Program-made: the position numbers and the translations under genes | Origin: Octopus sinensis | Taxonomy: Eukaryota | Length of the DNA: 64,000 nt | Direction of reading: 5' to 3' | NCBI RefSeq assembly: GCF_006345805.1 | Contig: NC_043009.1 | Span: 11,408,001 to 11,472,000, forward strand | Notes under the pieces: generated by a model | Seen by the model: only the letters and a program-made list of their open reading frames with translations | What the model was told of the DNA's origin: nothing | Database searches by the model: none | Shown: positions 37,856 through 50,829 of the stretch, piece by piece | Layout of the letters: each line of letters opens with the position of its first letter | Position numbering within the stretch: position 1 is the stretch's first letter

Positions 37856-38217
37856 TAGAGTTTTACTCAATTTTATCCAACCAATTTCATTCACATGCTA
37901 CTGTTCAAATCGAGTCTGCTGTTGAAGACAATTGCATAAGATACTGCGCTGTGGAAGCATTCCGAAAAATATGGCTGCAAAGCAAACGTCCTCTCCGTAC
38001 AGTGATGTTTGCTATCGTAGGGTACCTTTTACACTGAATGTTCCGTTTCCTTCTGAATGAATTGTAGCTTCTTAGTTTTACAAATTCGTCTATTATTTTT
38101 CATTGTGCATTCTCTTTTTAAAATGAAAATTGTAATCTAGAAAGTTAGCAGCAGCAATGAAAGCTTTCTGAATTCGAGTATCTAGAAGATATAATTCCAT
38201 AATAAACTGGATGATGT

Positions 38218-38445
38218 GAAGGTTCGTGGCTTAGTGGTTAGGGTGTTCGGATCACAATCTCGACGTCGTGATTTCGATTCCTAGTGGCGTTGTGTCCTTG
38301 GGGAAAACTCTATATTTCACGTTTTTCCAGTTCATCCACCTGGCAAAACATGAGTTGTATCTACAAATGAAACAGCCAGGCTTGTCACATTCTGTCACAC
38401 TGAATCTCCTTGAGAACTACGTCACGCGTACCTACATGTGCTACC
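38218..38445 (+). mobile_element. Chimeric old SINE: family D head and CORE with family C tail
   Basis: Head TGGCTTAGTGGTTAGGG and CORE end ACATGAGT, then GCCAGGCTTGTCAC...CTGAATCTCCTTGAGAACTACGT, matching the C tail (GCCGGCCTTGTCAC...CTGAATATCCCCGAGAACTACGT). Confidence 0.65.
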
Positions 38446-38794
38446 ACGAAATATTGCCCGTTTGGGATAATTACTGGAACATAGAAGTAACTTGTCATTG
38501 GATGTACGTTCCACTCACACTTGATCCCTTAACGTATTCTCAAGCGGCTTCAGTATGACTTTGTGATAAGATATCGCATTTGAATAACTGTTCCAAACCA
38601 TCAGACGAATTTCCCCGCAGTTTACTTCTATCCAATTTCCTTTAGAAGCCTTTGGTTCACTGGATACTACAGTGAAGCGCACCTCATAATCAAATTACCC
38701 CTCAGTGTGATTTATCTCGAGAACTCGTAGATGCAAAACGATCTTCTCAGTCATTCGGCTATTCTACGTCCATATGTATGTGCGCACTTGTGTG

Positions 38795-38852
<58 letters not shown>

Positions 38853-38894
38853 TGCATGTGTGAGCTATGTGTATATATACGTATCTGTGTTTTT

Positions 38895-39279
38895 GAAGCA
38901 CTCCGTCGGTTACGACGACGAGGGTTCCGGTTGATCCGAATCAACGGAACAGCCTGCTCGTGAAATTAACGTGTAAGTGGCTGAGCACTCCACGGACACG
39001 TGCACCATTAACGTAGTTCTCGGGGATATTCAGCGTGACACAGAGAGTGACAAGGCCGGCCCTTTGAAATACAGGTACAACAGAAACAGGAAGTAAGAGT
39101 GAGAGAAAGTTGTGGTGAAAGAGTACAGCAGGGATCACCACCATCCCCTGCCGGAGCCTCGTGGAGCTTTTTTTAGGTGATTTCGCTCAATAAACACTCA
39201 CAACGCCCGGTCTGGGAATCGAAACCGCGATCCTATGACCGCGAGTCCGCTGCCCTAACCACTGGGCCATTGCGCCTCC
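38895..39279 (-). mobile_element. tRNA-derived SINE, family C (full length)
   Basis: Head GGAGGCGCAATGGCCCAGTGGTTAGGGCAGCGGACTCGCGG...GGTTTCGATTCCC followed by a unique 3' tail. Confidence 0.85.
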
Positions 39280-39544
39280 ACTGTTCTTATATATTTGTAT
39301 ATATTCATAAAATGTTTATCATTATTATAGTTGTCATCATCATCCATGCAATTGTTGCTTTGCTTGTTGCTATTCTTGCTGTATCAACTCTTATTCTTTG
39401 CTTTGAGATGTTATTCTAAACATGAAATTTATATGTTCTTTTATTTTCTTTTTCAGAGAGACATATTCTCAATCATTCGCATCTTGTAGGTAAGACCATA
39501 TCTCTCGTATTTCAATTTTCATTTTCAGATTTATCGATCTCTAT

Positions 39545-39832
39545 TATCTTCATATTTTTCTTCTTCTTCTTCTTCTTCTTCTTCTTCTTCTTCTTCTTCT
39601 TCTTCTTCTTCTTCTTCTTCTCCTTCTTCTTCTTCTTCTTCTTCTTCTTCTTCTTCTTTCTTCTTCTTCTTCTTCTTCTTTCTTCTTCTCTTCTTTTCTT
39701 CTTCTTCTACTCTTCTTCTTCTTCTTCTTCTTCTTCTTCTCCTTCTTCTTCTTCTTCTTCTTCTTCTTCTTCTTCTATCATCATCACTCTCTTCATCGCC
39801 ATCATCATCACCAACATCATCATCATCACCAT

Positions 39833-39864
<32 letters not shown>

Positions 39865-39865
39865 T
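39545..39865. repeat. (TTC)n polypyrimidine tract followed by (ATC)n/(ACC)n
   Basis: Direct reading. Confidence 0.95.
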
Positions 39866-40214
39866 CTCTTTCCTGTGAACCTATACAAAATGCTAGAATG
39901 TTAGAAATAACGATCAATTCCCCCTTCAAACCACACCCTGTTTGTAGTATCTGTCCAGACACACACATACACGCACATACTACCCACACACATACACACA
40001 TACATACACCAGCCCCTCCCCTCATACACACACACACGCACAAACATACACACACAAAGAAACGACAATGATTTGGCACGGCTTCGACTTCTTTGAACAC
40101 GTTTCTGTTTGATCTGATCTTGCCTGTGGCTAAACAACACAAATCGTCACTTTCATTCTACTTTGCATCTTCCTCTTCTTTCTCTTTCTCATCGTCGTCG
40201 TTGTCGTAGTTGCT

Positions 40215-40235
40215 GTCATCATCAGCATCATCATC

Positions 40236-40267
<32 letters not shown>

Positions 40268-40280
40268 CATCACCACCATC

Positions 40281-40312
<32 letters not shown>

Positions 40313-40322
40313 CACCACCATC

Positions 40323-40354
<32 letters not shown>

Positions 40355-40373
40355 CATCACCACCATCATCATC

Positions 40374-40455
<82 letters not shown>

Positions 40456-40461
40456 CCACCG

Positions 40462-40518
<57 letters not shown>

Positions 40519-40546
40519 CCACCATCATCATCATCACCATCATCAC

Positions 40547-40577
<31 letters not shown>
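40215..40577. repeat. (ATC)n/(ACC)n triplet repeat
   Basis: Direct reading; it gives the poly-His, poly-Ser and poly-Met ORFs. Confidence 0.95.
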
Positions 40578-40990
40578 TCCAATCGTCAGTTCTTTTATAC
40601 GCCACCAGAAAAATGTAACACGTATTTGTCATTTATCTACACCAACGTGTTAAACGATGATCGATTATGATGATAATCTTGATGAGGAGGAGGAGGGCGG
40701 CGATGGTGTTCATGGGGATGATGATGATGGCTACAGTGTGGATGGCAACCCTGGTAATAACTGTGGTGATGCTGAGCACAAAAATGATTTTATTGTCCAT
40801 GTGCATTTATATGCTTTATCCTGTATTTGTACTTTAACACATACAAAATATCTAATCACAGAAAGCATGTTTTCCTCTTAATGTACCTGAAACTAGTTTG
40901 TTTGTTGTGAACAAGCCTTGGTAGCAATCATTGTCGTAGTCATCATCGTCGTCATCGTCGTAGTCATCGTTTTGATTTCCTTTCATTGTA

Positions 40991-41216
40991 TTGGGTTGTC
41001 CGGAAAGTTCGTGCCGATTTATAGTAGCTTACCTCTCGACTTACCCTCCCAGGCACCTCAATTCTGGGAAGAGGGTATTTTCAAGTTAAAGGAAAGATGG
41101 AGACGCATTGTGCAACAAAATGGTTCATATTTGGTTGATTAAAAATGTAATGGCAAGTATTTATTTGACCTTTTTCTTTCCTTCAAAAATCGGCACGAAC
41201 TTTCCGGACAACCCAA
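40991..41216 (+). mobile_element. Mariner-derived MITE (internally deleted), 226 bp
   Basis: Perfect 30-bp TIR TTGGGTTGTCCGGAAAGTTCGTGCCGATTT with TA TSD at 40989-40990 and 41217-41218. It retains the transposase C-terminus FWEEGIFKLKERWRRIVQQNGSYLVD*. Confidence 0.93.
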
Positions 41217-41739
41217 TATTTCCTTTTCGCAATTTTTCTATTGGTTTGGCCCGCAAAAAGTGACTTATCCCTCTCGTCTTCCTATCAGCTCGAGGTTTGC
41301 GAAATGAATGCTGCTAATTTCTTTTGGTCGCTGCAGATGAGGGGAAAAATATGTTGGTTGAGAATTCCAGAAAACCACCGTTCTAGTGTGATGAATGACT
41401 GGACGTAGCTAGTCTAAGAACTGGTGGGTGATTGCCACAATAGGAGGGACAACGGTGAGGTAGATATATAAGTAAAGAATTCATTCATGATTGAAGTTCG
41501 GTTCATACGTTGATAAGTGACCGTATGCTAATCAGCCGAGTACCCTTTCTTTCGATAATAGCTAGAATATCTATGTGTGTGTGTGTGTGTAACTGTTCCA
41601 TTCTAGGTTCTACCTCTTCTCAAAGGTTCATGGGAAACTGAAGTAATATGTCGATCTGGAAAAGGAATATGCTCTTCTGGAATATCGCTATAAATCATCA
41701 AACCCCGAACTTCAGACTGAATTTCTTACAAATCCATTT

Positions 41740-43237
41740 CCTTTAGAATCAAGGACACCAATCTCTCATGATTGGCAATGTAACTTTCATTAAATGAACA
41801 CTTTTTGTCCAAGTACCCTGCTCGCAGTGCATTGGCAACGCAACTGTCGGTAACTTTATTCCATGAAATTTTCACCCAATTCACGACTTCTTAGAGGTTG
41901 TTTTTGACAAAGTTTCCACGCTGATTTCTCTCCATTCGATATATTCATTCACTTCCATCCGCAAATAATCTTTGAAGCGCATGTTTATTACGAGATCTAA
42001 TGTTTGTAGATATGAAACTATTCCCGCGGGAATCATTATGTGGTCAATTCTTCTTTCAGAAAGGAAGGTTTTCATATCTTTTGCGCGATGAGTACTGGCC
42101 GAATCCTAGACTAAAATGCCTCTTTGAGAACCACGTAAAACAAGTGGTGCAGTTAAATCAACTCATTTTCTTATAACAGCTTATGTGCACCAAGCCTTTT
42201 TTCCGTTTCAAGGACATAAATGCCCGAAACTCGTTCTAATTTCTCTTTTTTGCTCTTTGTGATGATAAGCGGTTTGACTTTTGTTCCATCAAGACCAATT
42301 GTTAAAATACAAGTAACACTTGCACTTCCGTAACCCGTTAAAACAACGAGGCACCTGTCTGTTCAATTGTCGTTTTAGCCGTTCAAGAATTTGGACCTGG
42401 AGATCTCCATTTACAACGACTTCGAGGGCCACCTCTCAGTGGTGTCGGGCGTCAACGAAGAGCCCTCGACTACAACAATACGACCAAAGTTTTTTTCTCC
42501 AAGGCCTGGGGTTTCCCGCCCCTAAGCCCTAGACCATCACTTAATCACCCTTACCCATCTTGTTGCTTAACAAAAAAAATTGGCCCATATGTACTGCCGT
42601 CTCATCCAAAGCAATTATATTGGAGAGATTGTATTTAGAAAAGACGATGCCATGAACGAAGGACTTGAATGCAAGTGCACGTTGAATCACTTCAGTTTCC
42701 TCCACCTTCAACAATGTTGTCGATCTTCTTAGAGAGAGCTAATAACGCCGAAGGAAGTTTTCTAACCAATGAGGTGATGTTTTGAATATTTCTTGGGGTA
42801 TATCCAACTGTGGTGCCATTTCAAGAGCAAATTCTTGAATAGCAGCCTTGTGTACAACCAAAGCCTTTGTACTGAGATGATATATTCCAGCTCTGAAAAT
42901 AACGGTTGTTGACCTGATCCACACTTGCGCTTCTTAGCACTACCCTCAGCCACCTGTCTGCTGAAATTATCGTACTCGGCTCGTCATTTTCGAACCCTTC
43001 GGAGATTCAAAATCTTCTCCTTTCAGAATTCTTGTTATGTGACTTTTCCACAATTCTTTTCTTGTACTCCACGGAATAACTTTTTCATTTTGCACTTATC
43101 TTGCTTGGGGGACAAGGGAGTCAACTGCTTTAACTAAGCTGCGGTTGCTGCTTTATTTTGCAAACATCACATGGTCTTGCTAACAAGCTGACGCATTTTT
43201 GACTCGGTCTTAGTGTCTTATTTTCGGGGTAACACGG
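41740..43237 (-). mobile_element. Decayed pogo-family DNA transposon (CENP-B HTH plus DDE_1 transposase)
   Basis: Fragments read FKTSPHWLENFLRRY, IIALDETAVH, VTCILTIGLDGTKVKPLII, ILV*DSASTH and IPAGIVSYLQTLDLVINMRFKDYLR. TIR-like CCGTGTTACCCCGAAAATAAGAC is at 43215-43237 next to TA. The other TIR was not found. Confidence 0.85.
42398..42574 (+). mobile_element. Short poly(A)-tailed retroposed insert inside the pogo transposase
   Basis: It interrupts the DDE frame between ...MGQ and TTIEQTGA, ends in an A-run, and is flanked by AAGAATTTGGACC / AAAAATTGGCCC. Confidence 0.55.
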
Positions 43238-43454
43238 TATACACACACACACACACACACATACATACATTCATACACACACACATACGTGTTTGTAATT
43301 ACCCACATGTTTTCATATACCACTAAATCAAAGGAAATAATCTATTGCCTCTTTAGCGACCTCAGATCTCTTATGAAGATAGTAGTGTTGAAAGTAACAC
43401 ATATTGTCGTCCCTAAAGTGTCTAAAATTTAATAAAACTATCCACAAAAGGGAT

Positions 43455-43860
43455 ACTCTTTACTCTTTTACTTGTTTCAGTAATTTGACTACGGCCATGC
43501 TGGAGCACCGCCTTTAATCGAGCAACACGACCCCGGGACTTATTCTTTTGTAAGCCCAGTACTTATTCCATCGGTCTATTTTGGCGAACCGCTAAGTAAC
43601 GGGGACATAAACGCACCAGCATCGGTTGTCAAGCAATGCTAGGAGGACAAACACAGACACACAAACACACTCACGCATATATATATATACATATATACGA
43701 CGGGCTTCTTTCAGTTTCCGTCTACCAAATCCACTCACAAGGTTTTGGTCGGCCCGAGGCTGTAGTAGAAGACACTTGCCCAAGGTGCCACGCAGTGGGA
43801 CTGAACCCGGAACCTTGTGGTTGGTAAACAAGCTACTTACCACACAGCCACTCCTACGTC
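43455..43860 (-). mobile_element. Family A SINE (full length)
   Basis: Full match to family A. Confidence 0.9.
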
Positions 43861-44814
43861 TATATGTGAAGAATTTTTTCTCTTTTTTTTCTTTTTTCTT
43901 TGTTAAAAGTATTGCTTTCAACGACAAACACTGAGTGCCCAACACAAATTCTCAAATGGAGGGGCTGAAATTCTAACTATGGGTGGGGGTCTAAGGACGC
44001 CCCTCCCGTGGTTACGCACTTGGCCTGTGATCTACGGAAGATATACTCTCATTTCTTGACGATCAGGTTCATAGATGCTTCCATCTTTTCTTAATACATC
44101 TTCTGCATCACTACAATTTAGTATTATTCTACATCTTTACCGACGTCTGTTAGAATGTTTTATTTCTTCTCTTCTTATCCCAGTTTTCTCTGTGATTATA
44201 TTTTTAGAATTAATTTCGAATTCTTTGCAAACAATTATAACTTCATTAGTATTTTTTCACGTTTGCAATTATTTTACAATTCGGTTTACATTCTTTTAAA
44301 TATTGTAATTAAATATTTGACGAAGTAATTTTTTCATACATTTTGTTAGCCGAATAACGAAAATACATTTAGTTTTTTTAAAAAATTCTTAATAAGTACA
44401 AATTCAATTTCCAGTATAACTCGTGAAGTAAAGCTAAACTATTTTCATCCAGAAATGTTTATTTCCTTCTGTGCGCGCGCTAGTGTGTGTGAGAATGTGA
44501 GTGTCTGTGTGTGTAAGTGTGTGTGTGTGTGTGCTTGTGTGTGAGTGTGTGTGTGAGCGTGTGTGTGCGCATGCATCTGTATGTGCACATTCGTGCGCGC
44601 GTGTATGTATATGTATTTATATATGCATATGTGTCTGCATACATTCATGTATGTGCATAGTAACGTATATACATGCCTGTGTATATTCATATATTCGTAT
44701 GTATGTATGTATCATATATATATATATATATATGTGCGTGTTTGTTTACATGTATGTGTATGTATGTGTGTATGTATGTATGTATGTATGTATGTATGTA
44801 TGTATGTATGTATG

Positions 44815-45015
44815 AACTTATACTGCAAGCAGCGCCCATCGCTACCACATCTGTGCAAAAGAGTGCAGCTCCCTAGCAGGTTTGAAAAGACATATCCGCG
44901 AAACTATTATTTAAGAAGGCAATCCAGTGACAGTATTGCTCGAAATTGCGTTGTAGTCGTCATGTATGTATGTATGTATGTATGTATGTATGTATGTATG
45001 TATGTATGTATGTAT
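44815..45015 (+). mobile_element. Extreme 3' end of an RTE-like LINE with (TATG)n tail
   Basis: 44837-44911 translates as HRYHICAKECSSLAGLKRHIRETII, resembling the C-x2-C...S..GL..H.R terminal motif of RTE ORFs. Confidence 0.6.
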
Positions 45016-45016
45016 T

Positions 45017-45690
45017 TCACTTTCGAGTGCTACTGGTAACATGTAACCCAGTACAACCTGTTGCATGGTCGGGTCATCGGCGACTAAACCGGCAACCCCA
45101 CCAAGCTTGCTTGGTGAGGAGGGTGTTTATTGGACACCCTGCGGAATGAAAAACAAAACCCGTCAAAGAGCGGAGGAACTCTTAATAGTGAACGGCCATC
45201 CAATAAATGTCTTAAGGCTGTATCATGCGCGGGGACATAGAAATAATCGGACTGAATACCCGATCGCGTGGTTAAACCATTGGGAGTGAAGGACACCTAG
45301 CCTTTGTTAGGGCATCCTTCTAGGAGAAGGTAACTCAGGTAACTGGGATAACTCCGACATAAAACCTGCGGCTCAGTGGTTACCGATGATGTTGACTTTT
45401 CTTCTTTTCGGATTATGGATGCTGTTGCTTAGTGAGTGGGATTGACTCAGTGCACAGCCTTCCTCACTAAAAAATATCTTCTTGCACAGGCATTGCACGA
45501 TAACAACAATGATTAAGCTTCGTGCAATGGCCATACTCGATAACGAGGGGGCAGCCACCATGTATGTATTTATGTACGTATGTACGTACGTATGTATGTA
45601 TGCATGTATGTGTGTATGTATGTATGTATGTATGTATGTATGTATGTATGTATGTATGTATGTATGTATGTATGTATGCATGTATGTTTA
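45017..45690 (+). mobile_element. Non-autonomous RTE-related element (5'UTR-like part plus 3' tail) ending in (TATG)n
   Basis: Contains GGGCATCCTTCTAGGAGAAGGTAACTC (45310-45336), similar to RTE 5'UTR motifs, and two perfect hairpins. No ORF; tandem-repeat tail. Confidence 0.5.
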
Positions 45691-45962
45691 TATGATCACT
45701 TCAGGTTTTAGTTATTTAAATTATTTTTCTGTTGAAGGAACGTGTTACAAAGCTCCATTACTGGATTATAAGATAACGAAAACAATGTCACATTTTAAAC
45801 CTGAGAAAAGTCTTGCATATCTTTACTGTTCCCTTTACAGATTGTATCTGTAATGTGAAAGTTAGTTTGTTGACTTCATTCTGGCTCTCTTCAGGTACAT
45901 CAATAAAACGTCTCACTGGAGATTTTTTGAGTCTGCTTATACATATACACACACATAATATA

Positions 45963-46237
45963 TGCCGAACCGCTAAGTGACGGGGACGTAAACACACCAG
46001 CATCGGTTGTCAAGCAATGCTACGGGAAAAAACACAGACACACAAACACACACACATACATATATATACATATATACGACAGGCTTCTTTCAGTTTCCGT
46101 CTACCAAATCCACTCACAAGGTATTGGTCGGCCCGGAGCTATAGCAGAAGACACTTGCCCAAGATGCCACGCAGTGGGACTGAACCCGGAACCATGTGGC
46201 TGGTTAGCAAGCTACTTACCACACAGCCACTCCTGCG

Positions 46238-46239
<2 letters not shown>
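45963..46239 (-). mobile_element. Family A SINE, 3'-truncated
   Basis: Head and most of the body are present. Confidence 0.88.
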
Positions 46240-46276
<37 letters not shown>

Positions 46277-46303
46277 TATATATATATACATATATATACA
46301 TAC

Positions 46304-46362
<59 letters not shown>

Positions 46363-46389
46363 TGTATATACATACACACCATACACACA

Positions 46390-46624
46390 CACACACACAC
46401 ATATGTGTGTGTGGGAATATCTTTGTGTTTGTCCCCTGCTAACGCGCTTGGCAATCGGTGTTTGGTTTATTTCCATCTCCGTATTCTAGCAATGAGTCGG
46501 AAGAGAAAGAATAAGTCCCAGGCATGAAAAGTAGTCAACAGGTGTATCTTGTTCGACTTAACCCTTCAAAACGGTGTCGTTCCATGGCTGCATTTGAATG
46601 ACTGAAACAAATAGAAGATAAAAG
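46390..46624 (+). mobile_element. Diverged family A right arm
   Basis: GTGTTTGTCCCC...GAATGACTGAAACAAATAGAAGATAAAAG. Confidence 0.6.
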
Positions 46625-46659
46625 TGTGTGTTTGTGTGTGTATATCTTTTGCAGATATA

Positions 46660-47074
46660 TACTATTTTACTTGTTTCAGTCATTTGACTGCGGCCATACT
46701 GGAGCACCGCCTTTAGTCGAGCAAATTGACCCCGGAACTTATTCTTTGTAAGCCCAGTACTTATTCTATCGGTCACTTTTGCCGAACCGCTAAGTGACGG
46801 GGACGTAAACACACCAGCATCGGTTGTCAAGCGATGCTAGGGGGACAAACACAGACACACAAACATATACACACACACTTAAATATATATATATATATAT
46901 ATACATATATACGACAGGCTTCTTTCAGTTTCCGTTTACCAAATCCACTCACAAGGCATTGGTCGACCCGGGGCTATAGCAGAAGACACTTGCCCAAGAT
47001 GCCACGCAGTGGGACTGAACCCGGAACCATGTGGTTGGTTAGCAAGCTACTTACTACACAGCCACTCCTGCGCC
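46660..47074 (-). mobile_element. Family A SINE (full length)
   Basis: Full match to family A. Confidence 0.9.
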
Positions 47075-47497
47075 AATATATATATATTGGAAATGATGTG
47101 CACAGTGCTGTGAGAAGCCTAATATTCGACTTTTCGTAAACAAGAGTTTAAGGATATATTTGTTTTGCAGCGAATTACAGATACTCCCTTGCAATAAAAT
47201 AAATCACTGTAACCAAAAAATAAAAATGTATGTGTGCGTACGATTAGCTGTATGTATATACGTGTTTGCGTGTGCCTGATTCTGTGCTTGCGCGAGCGCA
47301 TACGTGTGTGCGTGTGCGTGCACGCGCGCACGTGTGTATGTGTAAATGCGGCGATCGGAAAATATATCCATATCAGATAGTTGAGTAGAGCAATGGTCTG
47401 TTTATCTTATATTAATTTAAGTCTATGAGTTTTCCTTTCTTGTAAACATGTCAAACTATTTTTAAATTCATTTGGAAAGTTCCGAACTGTTCACAAA

Positions 47498-47534
<37 letters not shown>

Positions 47535-47613
47535 TACGTGTGTGTGTGTGTGTGTGTGTGTATATATTATATGTGTATATATATATACATATATATATAT
47601 ATATTTATATATT

Positions 47614-47645
<32 letters not shown>

Positions 47646-47704
47646 ACATATACATATATTTATATATTTATATATATATATACATATATATATATTTATA
47701 TATT

Positions 47705-47784
<80 letters not shown>

Positions 47785-47911
47785 GTGTGGGTGTGTGTTT
47801 ACGAATATATATGTATACGAATATATATGTGTCTGCATAGATATTGCAAATATGCATGTATATATGTACGCATTATATATGTATATGTGTCTATATAGTT
47901 TGTTTGTATGA

Positions 47912-47944
<33 letters not shown>

Positions 47945-49086
47945 CACACACACACCATACGACACACACAGCGACATCCACGAATACACTGGCATACATA
48001 TACATATATATTTGTATTTTCCGCATGTATATCTATATGTATACGTTAGTATGTGAGGGTGTATGTGTAATTCTTTTTTTTATCATCTTTCACTAGTCTT
48101 CAGTTATGTTAAATTTACCAGGGCTTTCTTCAGCCGTTTTCAAGTTAATGTAAACAGAATTAAACCTGAACTGTCTTAAGCTGTTTTAAATGTTTTTCAT
48201 TCCATTGAAGCATTGATGCGATATATTTATATAACGTAAACAGATTAAAAATATATTTTAATGTAAGCTTCCTAAGATATTTTTCGCTTATACCAAAGCT
48301 ACCTTCAGTTTCAATTATAAACAGACCCCAGATTTCGGAGCATATTACAAACGTCGTCTTTCTGTTTCTATTGTAACGCAATCGTTTATAAACTATGTTT
48401 AATGGACCTTAAAAGTCCCAGCATTCTTTTGAACTTTATAAAAAGCAGTTGTAAACAAACCTTAACTAGTGGCAAACCTTCCAAGTTGTTTACATCACAA
48501 TCTGTGTATTTGTCTGGTATTTTATTATTCTATGTAAACAGTTTTCTATTTAAATGCCAGCATTATTCTTCAACGAAAGAGGAAGACAATCCTTAACTGA
48601 AAATAACATCAGCCCACATTATATCGACCAGACATCGTATTTATTAGCAACTGGATTAACCTTTGTAAGGAAATTAGAATCTGTTTTCGCTAGCAGTTTG
48701 CTTCTATTTTTCCACCAGGATATTTCAATCAGCCATTAATTTTTTTTTTTTTTTTGATACTATATAACTTTCAGATTTCATTGTTACACATTAGATATAT
48801 GCGAAAGAGTTATAAAAAGTTGTTTTAGAAACTGTTTCCCTTTTTTATTTCCAGAGAGTTCCTTCTTCATTAGTTAATTTAATTATTTCAGCGAATGCAT
48901 ACTACCAACAGGTACATATTTACCACCCTCCCTATAAGTAACGATTTCATATTTGGGTACTAAGCCAGCAATTTAAGAGCTGGAGTAGGGGAAGGGATTT
49001 TCTAGTTTATATCGACCCCAGTGTTCAACTGGTATTGATGGGGGTGGTCAGATGTAATGCTGCATGAATTATTTACAAATATATCT

Positions 49087-49381
49087 CTGTGGCCATGCTG
49101 AAGCACCGCCTTTAGTCGAGCAAATCGACCCCAGGACTTATTCTTTGTAAGCTTAGTACTTATTCTATCGGTCTCTTTTGACGAACCGCTAAGTTACGGG
49201 GACGTAACACACCAGTATCGGTTGTCAAATGATGTTGGGAGGACAAACACAGACACACAAACGTATACATACACACATACATATCTATATACATATATAC
49301 GACGGGCTTCTCTCAGCTTCCGTCTACCAAATCCACTCACAAGGCTTTGGTCGGCCCGAGGATATAGTAGAAGACACTTGT
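49087..49381 (-). mobile_element. Family A SINE lacking its tRNA head
   Basis: Begins at CAAGTGTCTTCTAC, fused directly to a LINE fragment. Confidence 0.85.
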
Positions 49382-49680
49382 CCTGTTGCTGGATGCCTGT
49401 ATCCCTGGAGATTACATCAAGGTAGGAGAGTGTGCGCCCTCTGTTATCGCGAGCAGATGGCTTCCAGAGAAGAGTAGAAATTACCTCGTTTTCAGCTCTA
49501 AAACAATGTCCAGCAAACTGGACTCTTCTACCTTTCACAAGAGATGATACAGGTGGTAATTTCCCATATATTTTTACTTTGGTTGGATGACGCTTCCACG
49601 AGAGATTTTGAGCTCTCATAAGGAGGCGAGTGTAAGTTCCATCCAACCGCCTCTCAAGCTTAACGGGTTTTCATTGTATG
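49382..49680 (-). pseudogene. RTE-type LINE ORF fragment (post-RT region)
   Basis: LERRLDGTYTRLLMRAQNLSWKRHPT...RRVQFAGHCFRAENEVISTLLWKP...RGRTLSY is typical of the region downstream of the RT domain in RTE-clade elements. Confidence 0.8.
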
Positions 49681-50473
49681 ATATCGATCATCAGTTTTGA
49701 CACATACTTTTAGGGTGTATCAGGGGATTGCATTAGATATTGCATCACCAGCATGTAGCTATATCATTATAATTCTTTCAAATATCCTCGTAGCATTAAG
49801 TAGGCTGGTTTTCCTGCATTCCATGTACTGGAATTATCGCTTGCCAAAGGTATTTATCGGTAAGATCCTTCTGGTGATTAGTTTGCCCAATATTCCACTT
49901 CACCTGTCAAATGAGCCAGGTTTTAACTTTACTGCATTTTACCTGCCTTTAAGAGTTCCTTATTTATAACATACGTTGTTATTTGGTAGCAGTCCGGAAA
50001 TCAGTCACTTGACAATTAACGAGAGTTTAATGTTTAGGCATGTGTCTGTGCGTGTGTGCATGTGTGTGTGAGTATAATGACACGTGAGCGAGAGAGAGAG
50101 TATGACCCGTACATGTGTGTGTGTGCGTGTGTGTGTGTGTACATATATTAGTGTGAGAAAGTATGGCATGTATGTGTGTGTGAGAGAGAGAGAGAGGGTG
50201 GGAGAGAGTGTGTCTATAATCACATTATGTGCGTGCAGTTTAAGAGAGCACGGAAGGAAGTGTGTGTATGTGTGAGGGGGAGAGGGGGAGAAAAAGAAAG
50301 AGAAGGGAATAGAAAAGGATAGAGAAAGAGAGAGAGAGAGAGAGAGAAAACAAGAGGGTGTAAGAGAGAGGGAGAGGAAGGGAGGAAGATCTTGTGTAAA
50401 ATCAAACGCCACCCGTTGATGTTCTGCAGGCATGCTTCAACAATGAAGATTGTGTGTGTGTATGTGCGTGTTA

Positions 50474-50505
<32 letters not shown>

Positions 50506-50650
50506 CTGTAAGTGCGTGTGTGTATGTATACACATACATGTGCCCCCTTGAGTAATGTAAGGTTTGTAAGTGTGCGTCTGTATTTAACGGACGTATTGGA
50601 CAGAGTTACCAAAACATTCTGAAACCTTTATTATTATGCGAGTATCCGAC

Positions 50651-50688
<38 letters not shown>

Positions 50689-50829
50689 TGTACGTGAATA
50701 CGTATGTTGTAGTAGTTGTAGTAGTTGTTGAGGTGGTGGTAGTCGTGGGTTCGTGCATGAATATGGAAGCATGTATGTATTTAGTGTTAGGACTTGGAAT
50801 ATAAATATTCTCTGGGACTCTGTATACAT

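Noticed and set aside
40163-40618. Poly-histidine 'protein' of 151 aa
   Set aside because: It is a pure (ATC/ACC)n repeat with no flanking coding context or splice signals.
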